64,000 nt of DNA, from contig NW_024055473.1 of assembly GCF_902713615.1 (NCBI RefSeq), positions 470,610-534,609 on the forward strand. The letters are read 5' to 3'. The notes below the pieces were generated by a model that did no database searches, was not told the DNA's origin, and saw only the letters and a list, made by a program, of their open reading frames with translations. This document shows positions 26,101 to 38,263 of the stretch, in pieces (the first letter of the stretch is position 1; each line of letters begins with the position of its first letter). Position numbers and translations under genes: made by a program. This stretch comes from Scyliorhinus canicula (Eukaryota).

Positions 26101-27187
26101 ACTGGCATGGGTTGAGGATTGGCTGTCTGACAGAAGGCAGAGAGTTGGGATAAAAGGTTCTTAACCCGGTGTCCCACAGGGTTCAGTGTTGGGGCCGCAG
26201 CTGTTCACCATATATATTAATGATCTGGATGAAGGGACTGGGGGCATTCTAGCGAAGTTTGCCGATGATACGAAGTTAGGTGGTCAGGCAGGTAGTGCTG
26301 AGGAGGTGGGGAGGCTGCAGAAGGAACTAGACAGTTTGGGAGAGTGGTGCAGGAAATGGCTGATGCAATTCAACGTGAGAAAATGTGAGGTCTTGCACTT
26401 TGGAAAAAAGATTCCAAGCATAGACTACTTTCTAAACGGTGAGAAAATTCATAATGCCAAAGTACAAAGGGATCTGGGAGTGCTAGTCGAGGATTCCCTA
26501 AAGGTAAACATGCAGGTTGAATCTGTGATTAAGAAAGCGAATGCAATGTTGTCATTTATCTCAAGAGGGTTGGAATATAAAAGCAGCGATGTGCTACTGA
26601 GCCTTTATAAGGCTCTGGTTAGGCCCCATTTGGAGTACTGTGTCCAGTTTTGGGCCCCACATCTCAGGAAGGACATACTGGCACTGGAGCGTGTCCAGCG
26701 GAGATTCACACGGATGATCCCTGGAATGGCGGGTCTAACATATGATGAACGGCTGAGGATCCTGGGATTGTATTCATTGGAGTTTAGAAGGTTAAGGTGA
26801 GATCTAATAGAAACTTACAAGATAATACATGGCTTAGAAATGGTGGACGCAAAGAAACTGTTTCCGTTAGGCGAGGAGACGAGGACCCGTGGGCACAGCC
26901 TTAGAATTAGAGGGGGTAAATTCAGAACAGAAATGCGTAGACATTTCTTCAGCCAGAGAGTGGTGGGCCTGTGGAATTCATTGCCGCGGAGTGCAGTGGA
27001 GGCCGGGACGCTAAATGGCTTCAAGGCAGAGATAGATAAATTCTTGATGTCGCGAGGAATTAAGGGCTGCGGGGAGAATGCTGGTAGGTGGTTGAAATGC
27101 CCATCAGCCATGATTGAATGGCGGAGTGGACTCGATGGGCCGAATGGCCTTACTTCCACTCCTATGTCTTATGGTCTTATGGTCTTA
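23146..27187 (+). mobile_element. Near full-length CR1 LINE: ORF1 intact, ORF2 disabled
   Basis: ORF2 is split into 24142-24927, 25075-25338, 25454-26164 and 26186-26800 by stops and frameshifts. (tcttatgg)n tail at about 27165-27187. Confidence 0.93.
23181..24140 (+). CDS. CR1 ORF1p with Cys-rich N-terminus, coiled coil and SGNH/GDSL esterase domain
   Basis: CxxC..CxxC motif, then VIGDSIIRG, VHVGTNNIG and DGLHLN blocks. Confidence 0.9.
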   Translation: MAGQVMCCSCMMWELAVPLVNGNDHICSKCWLLEELRLRVDDLESELQTLRHIREGESYLDSLFQEAVTPGRLSNSHSVSDQGLQSVIVSEAGRGNLSSGVQEPQPLTLSNRYETLAPCMDEEKGSGQDEPADHGTMVQKAIQEGGVKRQVVVIGDSIIRGTDSILCKPDRESRMVCCLPGARVRDISDRLERILEREGEDPVVVVHVGTNNIGKARVEDLFGDYQALGRKLKYRSSRVIISGLLPEPRANWHRDKKIREVNTWLRDWCGKEGFHFMGHWHQFWNRGDLYRWDGLHLNRSGTSVVAKRINRVVSRTLNF

Positions 27188-27560
27188 ATTAGATCGCCCT
27201 TTAGCCTTCTGTGCTCTAAGGAAAACCACCCCAACCTAATCAACCTGTCTTCATAGCTGAAAAACTCCAGCCCAGGCAACATCCTGGTGAATCTCCACTG
27301 CACCCTCCCTCGTGGAATCAAATCCTTGCCATAGTGTGGCGACCAGAACTGCACATCGTCCTCCAGCCGTGGTCTAACAAGCATTTCTACAGCTCCATCA
27401 TAACCGCCCCCACCCCCGCTCTTATAGTCAACGGCAAATAAACGCAAGCCTTTCATAAGCCTTTTAAACCACTTATTTACCTGTCCTGCTACCTTCAGTG
27501 GTCTGTGGATTCGCACCCCAGGTCCCTCTGATTACTGTAATTCCGAGCGTCCGACCTTTC
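27188..27560 (-). mobile_element. CR1 3' fragment
   Basis: VQFWSPHYGKD..FTRMLPGLEFFSYEDRL. Confidence 0.75.
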
Positions 27561-28899
27561 ATTGTATATTCCCTTGCCCTTTCTAGTCCTCCCAAAATGC
27601 ATCACCTCACACTTTTCAGAATCCATTTGCCGCTGTTTTAAAGTTTTCCTCAGAACAGTACAGGCCCTTTGGCCCTCAAAGTTGTGCCGAGCAATGATCA
27701 CCCTACTCAAACCCACGTATCCACCCTATACCCGTAACCCAACAATCCGGGAATCGAACCTGGGACCCTGGAGCTGTGAAGCATTTATGCTAACCACTAT
27801 GCTACCATGCTGCCCACCACTATGCTAACATGCTGCCCGAATGGTACCATGGTTTTATTTACCACAAAGGCTTTCTCGGAATCTGAGAACTTACTGATCA
27901 TGCATCTTGCCAGCGCCCTTGGGTTTCACGGAATGTGGAGTTGAGGCCATGGTCACCTTAACCATGATCTCATTGAATTGTGGAGTAGACTGGAGTGGCC
28001 GATTGACCAAATCCCTGTTCCCCAGTCGGATGTTCATCTGGCAATGAAAAGGCCCTGCATTTTCCCGAGTCAGTGTTGTTACTGAGCGAGACACAGAATC
28101 GTTGAGCTGATCCACCACACCAGCACGCCGTATCCTTCAAAGGTGCGGCGATCCCAATGCCGCAGCCGGCTCACGGTACTTGTTATCCCAACATTATCAC
28201 ATCTTGCTTTATTGCAGCAGAGAAATGCATTCCTCTGATTGCCAGTGACACGCCAGTGAAAGACAAGGCCAGTAGAATTGGGCAGCCAATACCTGGACAT
28301 AAATATGTACGCGGAAATCCTGGAAGTTTGTCACTCGCGGAATTATTATAGTGCCAGGAATGTTATAGCACTCAGAATCACAGATGCACAGAACCAAGCA
28401 ATTCAGATGAGGCCTTCCGGTCAATCGAGTCTGCACCAACATGTGAAAAATACAGGACTAACTACAGGACCTCATTTGTCAGCACGTGTTCCATAGCCTT
28501 GAATGTGAAGACGTGCCATGTGTTCAGCCAGGTACTATTTAATGGATGTGAAGCACACTGCCTCTACCACCCTCCCACGTAGTTTACTCCAGACAGTCAC
28601 CATCCTCTGGCTAAATAAGATTTTCCTCAAATTCACCATTACCTTCTGCCCTTCACCGTGAACTTGTGTCCACCCGTAACTGACCCTTCAACTAAGAGGA
28701 ACAACTGCTCCCTATCCACCCTGCCATGCCCCTCATAATCTTGTACACCCAAAACTATGCAACGTCTCTTCATAACATAAATGGGCGAAGTATGTCCCTG
28801 ATCTGCGTGGGAATCGAACAGAAGACATGTCGTGTCAACAGAAATTTCAGGTATTTTCGATCGAAAAATTGATTTCTATTAAAGTCTAAACCTGGCACC

Positions 28900-29400
28900 A
28901 TGTGCTTCCCATGTCCCAACTGATAGTAATTCTCATGTTGCTCGGCGGTTATTATACATTAAGCATACATTGTCGTAATAATAATCTTCACTAGTGTCAT
29001 AAGTAGGCTTACATTAACACTGCAATGAAGTTACTGTGAAAATTCCCGAGTCACCACACTGTCCAATTCGCCTAACAGCACGTCCTTTCAGGACTTGAGG
29101 GAGGAAACCGGAGCACCCGGAGGAAACCCACGTAGACACGTAGACACCGCACAAATAGAGAACCAAGCCAGGAATCGAACGCGGGTCCTAGGAGCATAAG
29201 GCAGCAGAGCAACCCACTGAGCCACAGTGCCGCCCATTAAGTACCTTGTACATTTTGTACCGCAGCACGTATTGATCCGTTCTGCTTTTCGTTAAAAGAA
29301 CAGGTGACGAGGAGTCTTTGTCCTTGGACTTTCTGCAAGAGCAGGCCATGATTTTCGTCCATATCCTCAGTTGAGTGCCACCCTCTGCCGGTAGGTAGAT
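28900..29400 (+). pseudogene. Family A-like V relic (frameshifted leader, decayed exon start)
   Basis: ggcaccATGTGCTTCCCATGT...CTCATGTTGCTCG aligns to the leader at 15391. RTGDEESLS near 29298 resembles GTNGEEAV. Confidence 0.5.
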
Positions 29401-29689
29401 ATTCTGGTTTTAAAGTTACAATACAATTTGCGGTATGATAGACCATAATAAGACCATAAGACTATTAGAAATAGGAGTAGAATTAGGTCACTTGGCCCAT
29501 CAAGTCCGCTCTGCCATTCAATCATGGCTGATATTTTCAACCATAGCTCTCAAGATTTCCCAAACTATTCCTCTCTTGATCTACACAGGGACAGAGACAT
29601 GTCCGGTAAATATACATGATTGCTTGCCTGAGCGTGGGATCAATTCCTTATCGGAAAGGAACCTCAGTGATGCTGTAAACACTCACTCA

Positions 29690-30438
29690 GGGTTGTGTAC
29701 GGGACTTTAGGTTTTCTCGAACGCTGTTTCTCAGTGCGCAGTAATAACCCTACCCATCCTCCACAGCGAATGCGCTTATACTGAGGTAACAGTTCTGTTT
29801 AGATTTGTCAGCAAACGCCAGATATCGTCCTGAACCCACATCTTTCTTCATTGCTGAGTTGTTGGTGATAATCCATCTCGGTGGCTGTGCCGGTTTCTCC
29901 TGATATCATTGCATTTTGTACATGTTGGGGCCTTTATATTGGCAATTTAACTTCCCCGAAGCCCCTTCTGAGACTGTTATTGTCACTGGTGACTGAGCTA
30001 CTGGATTGAACATTGCCGGCCTGCGAAAGCGAAGGACTGAAATGAACAGATTGTTCTTCCTTTATAAAGTTAGAGTTTGTTCAATTAAGAGGTGCTTTTT
30101 AGCGTGGCTAGTCCACTGAGCCTGTACATCTAGGTTGTGGGAGTGAGAATGTTCAAACACCACACGGACAGTGATCTGGGACCGGGATCGAACCCGTGTC
30201 CTCAGTGCAATGAGGCAGCAGTGCCAACCATTGCGCCACCGTGCCGCCCTGAGTTTAAACAGAGTTGATATAAATCTACTTGTATCTGCGGCATTTTTGG
30301 GACCTCTGATGCAGGCACCTCATAGATCTTCCCGATCGTTAATTACACATAGCCTATGTGTATTAATATGCTAATCTGGTTTAATTAACACTATAACTAC
30401 TTACTGTTCTAAAGCGCCGCCAGTATTATCACAACCAT
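29690..30438 (-). pseudogene. Family C V pseudogene
   Basis: Leader 30405-30438 has TAG. Exon 29729-30020 has a 1-nt deletion, W41 to TGA, and a TAG. RSS AACAGCG-23-ACACAACCC. Confidence 0.88.
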
Positions 30439-30489
30439 GTCTGACTGAATCTCTCCCAGTGAACTGGACTGGACTGAGTCAGGGATTGT

Positions 30490-30625
30490 GTAGGAGAGAG
30501 GGAACTTAGTGCAGTGCAGGGAGAGGGTCTATTGTGACATCACTCGCCTCCCATCCTATCGGCTTGGCGGACACCATCAGGTGAGTTTCTGACGCCCGTG
30601 GTTGAATTTGGCGCCCTCTGCTGCC
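30490..30625 (-). promoter_or_regulatory. Family C promoter with CRE-like decamer and CTCF-like site
   Basis: TGACATCACT at 30535-30544; GGCAGCAGAGGGCGCC on minus at 30610-30625. Confidence 0.7.
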
Positions 30626-31111
30626 GGATTCGGTTTACTCAGTGTTAGAATTCGGCTGTTGAGTGGATTCAGTGTTGACTGCAATGCATATCAGGACGAG
30701 AAACCTAGACAGAAATCTAAATTTCAGCTGTTTATACACTATCTTTGTCACTATAGGTGTTTCTAATCAAAAAACGATGCTTAATCTGTGCAAATCATCC
30801 CTGGAGTTCTCGGTTCACACCTTAGGACGAAGTCGAAAGAATGCCAAGACTTTCGGTGGACATGCGAAGGTTAGAACACAGAATAATAGCAGGGTCAACA
30901 GACTAGTTTTCTTTATTTTGGTTCTGACGAAGAAGGTACAAAAGGGGAACTGCTCTGAACATCGCTTTTTTCAGAGACCAGATTGTCTGGAATTATTTTC
31001 ATTAGCTGAAGGTTAAATGTCCTATGAAGAAAATAGGTGAACGACATTTCATGCTGCAAGTGTTTGCGAGACCATGAAACGTTACAGAGAACTTTGAATG
31101 GATCAGCACCG

Positions 31112-31183
31112 AGACACGGGCGGGATTCGAACCCACGATTTTTGGTTTACGAGACCAACGCCTTTCCCCTTGGCCACCGCACC
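31112..31183 (-). tRNA. tRNA-Thr-CGT: tRNA-Thr(CGT), divergent
   Basis: GGTGCGGTGGCCAAG...GTCTCGTAAACC...GGTTCGAATCCC. Anticodon stem is perfect; acceptor has three G-U pairs; D-loop is altered. Confidence 0.8.
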
Positions 31184-31419
31184 TTAGGCAAGTAAATGAT
31201 GTTGATTGCACTGTGAGTTGTTATCATTTGGAGTCTGGCGCAACAATTGATGAGAGAAGAAGAATCAATAGAACATTTCAAAAAGTATTGTCAGAACTTG
31301 AGAACGGAAAACCCCGCGGGATTTAAATGCAGGGTGAAAAGGGCAATAGAAAAAGTTATTTCAAATAGGCGCAGGTAGCGTCAGTTTAATCTGCCCCCAC
31401 CCCTCCGACACTATATTGT

Positions 31420-32439
31420 TCTCAGTGAGTTGAGCAGGTGCAGGACGGTCACGGGATGCTGGGTGCTCAACTGACGCTATTTCCGCCCCATCACTTGTGA
31501 CTGCAGCTGATAACCGCCGCACAATTTTCAGCTTTGAGTCTGCGGTGCCCCGGTCACAGTTTCCGTTTGATGGCCTCGCTCCAACACCATTGGGATATTC
31601 TAGACATTGCTGCCGCTGCTCCATTCCTGTCATTGGTTGGATCAGCAATGCAGTGGGACCTGAATCTGGATTGCTGCTCTGACAGATAATTGCCTGACCT
31701 GAAGAGCGATTGATTCAGGAACTATCGCGGGGAACCGCCTCGTCACCCTCCTCGTTATGATCTCGCTACTCAGTATTACCTTCACTGCAAAACCCCCATT
31801 CTCCCCTTACTGAGTAACCAGATATTATCGTTAATTAAATAATAATGCCATGATGTGGAGATGCCGGCGTTGGACTGGGGTGAGCACAGTAAGAAGTCTT
31901 ACAACACCAGGTTAAAGTCCAACAGGTTTGTTTCAAACACGAGCTTTCGGAGCCACCTGAAGAAGGAGCCGTGCTCCGAAAGCTCGTGTTTGAAACAAAC
32001 CTGTTGGACTTTAACCTGGTGTTGTAAGACTTCTTACTGTAAATAATAATGAGTATGGTGCAGGTGACCGTTACGTTGGTCAATATGAGGCTGATTCTGA
32101 ATTTTGAGATTATTATTGTTTTCTGTTCGTTTCTATCAGACTGGAGCCACCAAGACCCAGTGGAACATCTGGACGCTGAAATGATGGTTGAAGAGGATAC
32201 TGACGCCACACAGCAGTACAATCGATACTGACGATCCTGATACACAGTCAGCATCCGGGCAGCCTGCACGGTTCATATTCCGTCTGATTGGAGAGAATCT
32301 GCGAAGCAGCAAATGTAGAAGTGATCGCAATATGACACATATATAGAGAAATACCAGCACACAAATATAGAGATCCCTATATGTGTCTGTGCCGTCAATC
32401 ACATTATAGCAGAAAGGCAGTGGGTCCCAGAAACAAACC
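31420..32439 (+). pseudogene. Family D V pseudogene with its promoter
   Basis: Leader lacks ATG. Exon from 32140 reads DWSHQDPVEH and RFIFRLIGEN, with stops and deletions. RSS CACATTA-24-AAACAAACC at 32400-32439. Confidence 0.8.
31848..32040 (+). mobile_element. Short palindromic insertion carrying a minimal hammerhead motif (Penelope-like-derived)
   Basis: 68-bp perfect inverted repeat (31886-31953 / 31973-32040) and 11-bp TSD AAATAATAATG. Core is CAC-CTGAAGA-A-GGAGC/GCTCC-GAAAGCTC-GTG. Confidence 0.75.
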
Positions 32440-32584
32440 GACACCAAGAGGGGTAGGGGTATATGTGTGTGTGTGGTGGGGGGGGGGGGGGGGGGGGGTG
32501 ATATTCATCTCTCAAGGTGGATACGAGAGGGCGGTCAGAAAGACCATCGCCATTTATTATTATGTGAAAATGGAGCAAGACGGG

Positions 32585-33420
32585 TTATTGGATTGGATTT
32601 GTTTATTACCGAGGTACAGTGAAAAGTATTTTTCTGCAAGCAGCTCAACAGATCATTCAGTACATGGAAGAAAAGGGAATTAAACAAATTTCAAGAAAAT
32701 ACATGGGACTACATAATAGGGCAACACAAGATATACAATGTAACTACATATGCATTGGCATCGGTTGAAGCACACAGTCAGTCAATAAAAGAGTCATTTC
32801 GGAGTCTGGTGACAGTGGGGAAACTGCTAACCATCTCCACCTCGTCCACGTTGATGCTGATAGGGGTGTTTACAGTACTTTGCTACCTGAAGTCGATGAC
32901 CAGCTCTTTAGTTTTGCTGGCATTGAGGGAGAGATTGTTGTCGTTACACCACTCCACTAGGTTCTCTATCTCCCTCCTGTATTCGGACTCGTCGTTATTC
33001 AAGATCCGGCCCACTCTGGTCGTATCGTCAGCCAACTTGTAGATGGAGTTGGAACCAAGTTTTGCCACGCAGTCGTGTGTGTACAGAGAGTAGAGTAAGG
33101 GGCTAAGTACCCAGCCTTGCGGGGCAACAGTTTTGAGGACTATTGTGGAGGAGGTGTTGGTGTTCATTCTTACTGACTGTGGTCTGTTGGTCAGAAAGTC
33201 AAGGATCCAGTTGCAGAGTGGGGGTGCCAAGTCCTAGGTTTTGGAGCTTTGATATGAGCTTGGCTGGGATTATGGTGTTGAAGGCGGAGCTGTAGTCAAT
33301 AAATAGGAGTCCTTGTTTTCGAGATGCTCTCGGGATAGGGAAATGGCGTCTGATGTGGACCGGTTGCAACGGTATGCAAATTGATGTGGGGCAAGGCATT
33401 CCGGGAGTATGGAGGTGATG
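32585..33420 (-). mobile_element. Rex1/Babar-like LINE RT fragment
   Basis: [50 protein letters not shown]. Confidence 0.85.
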
Positions 33421-33519
33421 CACTTAATGATCATCCTCTCTGACCTGCTTGGTCTGCTTTCAAAGCCAGCGATTTAGCTCTGTCCTAAACAGATATCATC
33501 CAGGAGTGGAACAACAATC

Positions 33520-33552
33520 CGACTCGGGGTGGGATCGAACCACCAACCTTTT

Positions 33553-33593
<41 letters not shown>
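33520..33593 (-). tRNA. tRNA-Asn-GTT: tRNA-Asn(GTT), probably pseudogenising
   Basis: GTCTCCGTGGCGCAATCGGTTAGCGCGTTCGGCTGTTAACC... with two acceptor-stem mismatches and one anticodon-stem mismatch. Confidence 0.8.
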
Positions 33594-33924
33594 GACTACA
33601 GGATCACAACTCTGTGCATTTCAACAGTGACCGCCAATCCTCTGATTGCCAGGGACCGAATGAGAGTGCTGGCAATATTGGTCCCCTGAGGCAGTGCGGA
33701 AAATATCTGGAAGGAGCGTACACATGGTCCCGCGGACATGGACATTTGTGAGACGTGGAATCATTACAGGCCCGTGGATTTTACAGAACTCACTTGGACA
33801 GCACCACACTTTCGTTGAAACACGTCCCTTATCTGGGAACCTCCATAACAGAAAGCAGGAAATGTCAACATAGATTTGATGTATTTTCGATCAGAAAGTC
33901 GATGTTCCGCTGAAGACTACTGGG

Positions 33925-34130
33925 GGCTCAGACTCATTGGCATAAGGTCGACCTAAGTTAACGGTCCTGGAAGATTTTATTATCCCCACATCTGAGAACT
34001 TTCGTTCCTGCTGCTCGGAAGTGGATATTCCAAGCTTAAATTTACTGTGCATCGCGACATGCTGATTAATCTCACGAATCCGAAACGGCTCCTCTATTGA
34101 CCAATACAAGGACAGAGACGGCAATGCAAT
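33925..34130 (+). pseudogene. Family A-like V relic
   Basis: aagttaacggtcctggaaga and ccacatctgagaac align to the 57.66-kb relic and to family A FR1. Confidence 0.45.
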
Positions 34131-34231
34131 TGTGGAGAAATAGACCTGAGTATTTTTCTGAATCCAGATCAAACCATCCTCCGGTACAAGGGCAGGAACG
34201 GAAATTTGCTCGAATTGAAAATACTCTCTGA

Positions 34232-34512
34232 GGCTTTCGTACGTGGTTGTAGCTGCTTTGTGACACTCTGCTCATTGCACAGTAACAGACCGCCCCGTCC
34301 TCCACACTGAGCGCGTTTATATTGAGGTGACCATTCTTTTTAGACTTGTTGGCAGCCGCCAGATATCGTCCTGAGATCTCCTCTTTCTTCATCGTCAATA
34401 TGTTAATGATGACCAATCTCGGCGGCTGTGCCGGATTTTGCTGATACCACAGCATGTGGTACATCCTCCAGTCTGTATATTCGCAATCTAACTGCACTGA
34501 ACCTCTTTCCGA
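34232..34512 (-). pseudogene. Family C V pseudogene, 5'-truncated by the tRNA array
   Basis: ERGSVQLDCEY..WYQQNP..GAVCYCAM. RSS CAGAGTG (CAC lost)-23-ACGAAAGCC. No leader or promoter. Confidence 0.88.
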
Positions 34513-34672
34513 TTTCTAACCTGTCCCGGTTTTTATGAAAGGTAATGGTGAAAGACGAACTTTGTTGTCCTGTCGACTGACTACCTGAGATGTTGCAGTA
34601 ATTTTGGCGTTCTCCGCAGATGTTAGCTTGATTTTCGATGGCAATGACAGTATGCTTTGGCTCTTTTCGCGG

Positions 34673-34759
34673 GGCTCGTTGGTCTACAGGTATGATTCTC
34701 GCTTTGGGTGTATCGCTGTCGGAGTTTGCGGGTCCCGGGTTCAAATCCCGGACGAGCCC
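34673..34759 (+). pseudogene. tRNA-Pro-TGG: tRNA-Pro(TGG) intron-containing pseudogene
   Basis: D-loop GG changed to CA and a 3-nt deletion (AGA) in the 3' anticodon stem/variable region. The 18-nt intron is present. Confidence 0.8.
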
Positions 34760-35814
34760 TTCGATGAGGGTTCCCGTTGGTCAAACCGCATGTTTTCTTC
34801 ATTTCTTTGCGGCGCAGGCGGCGGGATTCATTCACATTGGGTTTGCTTTGAGAAGCTGAGCTCAAACTGCATGGAACCAATACGTTCCCGAGAAGTTTGT
34901 CAATGTGTGGGCATTCACATTTCAATTGACTAATTCTGGTGGACCCAGACAGCTCTTTGTCCCTTTCATTTTATCAGTTCAACAACTTCAGACTGTGAAC
35001 TCTTACTTCCCCCTCCACCACATGTTTTTTCCATCAACTTATCATTCCTACCATTGATATATTTTACCCTAAGCATTGCCCCCCTCCCCCCAGCCCATAC
35101 CATCCTACTTCAGCAATCTGATCCCTGTTTGTAATTGTTCTCTGACGCACTGCTTACCTTTGTTCTGCCATTAACACATTCTGACCGCTTGATGCGCCAT
35201 CAGCACCTTTCATAGCCTTGATTAGCCTCATTTACATTCCCTTTTTCTTTCTGCCCGAGACAGTTTCGTCATTTCCCACCTATTGCTAGCCGTCTATCGA
35301 GGCCCAATACAGCACTACACCCCCCCCCCCCCCCCCCACCACCCACAATCGTCTGAATCTCCAATTCCAGTTCTCCAGCTTTGACAAAGTGTCCACTTGA
35401 TTGGAAACGACAGCTGCCATTTCGCTCCCCAGAGGCTGTCAGACCTGCTGAGATTGTCCAGTATTTTCTGTTTTTGTTTCCGTTTGAAGCATCCGCAGTA
35501 AGTTGCATTTGTCACACATTTAGGCATGTTTGAGATGGTGATTAAATATGTTCATTTGTAAATCGGTGAAACTCTGTTGTGGATGAACTAGCTGCTAATA
35601 TCCGAGGTGTGCCAAGATATGAAAATTCTTCACCTCTCATTGCCTGCCGAAAATTCAGTGCTTGGGCCTTAATGTTCAATTCAGTTTAGTGGCTAATGTG
35701 AGACGAAATTTCATAGTCCTGGAACACACGAGCAACGGCAACATTCAGGAAACAGAATTATTTTGTGCCCAATAATTGTGCAAACTTTTCTCACACGAAA
35801 TGCTAAATGTTCGA

Positions 35815-35887
35815 TGTTTCTGTCCGGTTTCGAACCGGGGACCTTTCGCGTGTGAGGCGAATGTGATAACCACTACACTACAGAAAC
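35815..35887 (-). tRNA. tRNA-Val-CAC: tRNA-Val(CAC)
   Basis: GTTTCTGTAGTGTAGTGGTTATCACATTCGCCTCACACGCGAAAGGTCCCCGGTTCGAAACCGGACAGAAACA; one C49-A65 mismatch. Confidence 0.88.
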
Positions 35888-37123
35888 CGCTGGCAAGCAA
35901 AGGACGTGCGGAATGTACAACCTCACTGTGTTGCTGCAGATTCTGATGGTCTGTTTGAGAGGCCAGGTCCCTTGTTGCAAGCGACAGCTGTTTCTTAAAT
36001 TAACAGATGTCTCAACATATAAAGCCGTGAGATGTAGAAATTATATCGAAATTAACATAAGTTATATTTTGCTGAATGTCGGTCTCAAATTTGTGCTCTT
36101 TGGTCTCGAGGTCTGGTTCTCGTTTAAGGATGTTCAAGCAATGCCTATGGGAGTGGTCGTGGGTTTAAATCCAGGACAGGCTCTTTACTCCAGGTCAGGG
36201 ATTACGAATTGTTTGCGATGCTGACGGCAGGGTTGATTTACATTGGCCCACTCTGAAAAAGATTTCTCAGGACTCGGAATGTTTACGTCGTTTCTCTCCC
36301 CACAGATGATGCTCGAGAGAGAGAGAGAGACAGTGTCTGAGCTGGAGTGCGTTTGGATAAAATTGATGCTCCAGATCTGTGTTAACCACAGGGACGTGAC
36401 CCATCTAATCCACAGAGCCAAAGTGGAGAATTAAACTGACTGGAGAGCTGGGTCTTAACGCTAACCTCCCGGACCTCGGCGTCGTGAAATGTTCCAAAGA
36501 AGCTCAACAGCCACTCGAGGAACAGCAGCGCATCTTTCCACTGGGCTCAATACAGCTTTCACACTCAGTGTGTAGTCAGTAGTTTCACACTGTAAATGCT
36601 GCACCCATTTTGTGTGTCGTTCCATCGCAGATTTGGATTTAAATCTTGTTTCCACTTGTTCTTTGTGTCCGGGCGGTAGTTGTTGATCAATCTGCCATCG
36701 ATAGCTCCTCCAGACATATATTTTGTTTCATTGTTTCTTCCATTGCGCTGACAGAGGGCTGGCACTGACACGGCGGCCGGAATGGCCTCATACTGTGGTG
36801 TCATTATTCTCTGATTTGATGCTAACCTAACTCTGTGGCCAGGGTCCCAAGGCGTCTTCTCATTTAATCTCTCCTGACTTGCCCCCTATTAGATCCCTTT
36901 CCTAATGTTCTGTTTCCTCATTCCGGGAGTTCACTTGGTTAAGACGTACCACATTTCTAACCTGTCCCGGTTTTAATGAAAGGTGATGGTGAAAGACGAA
37001 CTTTGCTGTCCTGTCGACAAATGCCGCCTGAGTCCCTGAGATGTTGCAGTACTTTTGGCGTTCTCCGCAGATGTTAGATTGATTTTCGATGGCAATGACA
37101 GTATGCTTTGACTATTTTTGTGG

Positions 37124-37213
37124 GGCTCGTTGGTCTAGGGGTATGATTCTCGCTTTGGGTGTGTCGCTGTCGGAATTTGCGAGAGGTCCCGGGTTCAAAT
37201 CCCGGACGAGCCC
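37124..37213 (+). tRNA. tRNA-Pro-TGG: tRNA-Pro(TGG) with 18-nt intron at 37/38 (37160-37177)
   Basis: Removing TGTGTCGCTGTCGGAATT gives the canonical 72-nt vertebrate tRNA-Pro. TTTT follows about 11 nt downstream. Confidence 0.9.
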
Positions 37214-38263
37214 TTCGATGAGGTTTTCCGTTGGTCAAACAGCATGTTTTCTTCATTTCTTTGCGGCGCAGGCGGCGGGATTCATTCACATTGTGTTTGC
37301 TTTGAGAAGCTGAGCTCAGACTGCTTGGAACCAATACGTTCCCGAGAAGTTTGTCAATGTGTGGGCATTCACATTTCTATTGACTAATTCTGGTGGACTC
37401 AGACAGCTCTTTGTCCCTTTCATTTTATCAGTTCAACAACTTCAGACTGTGAACTCTCACTTCCCCCTCCACCACATGTTTTTTCCATCAACTTATCATT
37501 CCTTACATTGATATGTTTTACCCTAAGCATTACCCCCCTCCCCCCAGCCCATACCATCCTACTTCAGCAATCTGATCCCTGTTTGTAATTTTTCTCTAAC
37601 GCACTGCTTACCTTTGTTCTGCCATTAACCCATTCTGACCGCTTGATGCGCCATCAGCACCTTTCATAGCCTTGATTAGCCTCATTTACATTCCCTTTTT
37701 CTTTCTGCCCGAGACAGTTTCGTAATTTCCCACCTATTGCTAGCCGTCTATCGAGGCCCAATACAGCACTCCACCACCCCCACCCCCCACCCACAATCGT
37801 CTGAATCTCCAATTCCAGTTCTCCAGCTTTGACAAAGTGTCCACTTGACTGGAAACGACAGCTGCCATTTCGCTCCCCAGACGCTGTCAGACCTGCTGAG
37901 ATTGTCCAGTATTTTCTGTTTTTGTTTCCGTTTGAAGCATCCGCAGTAAGTTGCATTTGTCACACATTTAGGCATGTTTGAGATGGTGATTAAATATGTT
38001 CATTTGTAAATCGGTGAAACTCTGTTGTGGATGAACGAGCTGCTAATATCCGAGGTGTGCCAAGATATGAAAATTCTTCACCTCTCATTGCCTGCCGAAA
38101 ATTCAGTGCTTGGGCCTTAATGTTCAATTCAGTTTAGTGGCTCATGTGAGACGAAATTTCATAGTCCTGGAACACACGAGATTCCGGCAACATTCAGGAA
38201 ACAGAATTATTTTGTGCCCAATAATTGTGCAAACTTTTCTCACACGAAATGCTAAATGTTCGA

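Noticed and set aside
35321-35337. Pure C/G homopolymers of about 14-22 nt here and at about 355, 11946, 16260, 19371, 32477, 44303, 50045 and 60463 as G4 elements
   Set aside because: Paralogous array units have interrupted runs at the same place, so the pure runs may be consensus artefacts.
35913-36224. Identical-looking 103-aa ORF in three array units
   Set aside because: It recurs only because of the tandem repeat, has no known motif, and is broken in the diverged fourth unit.
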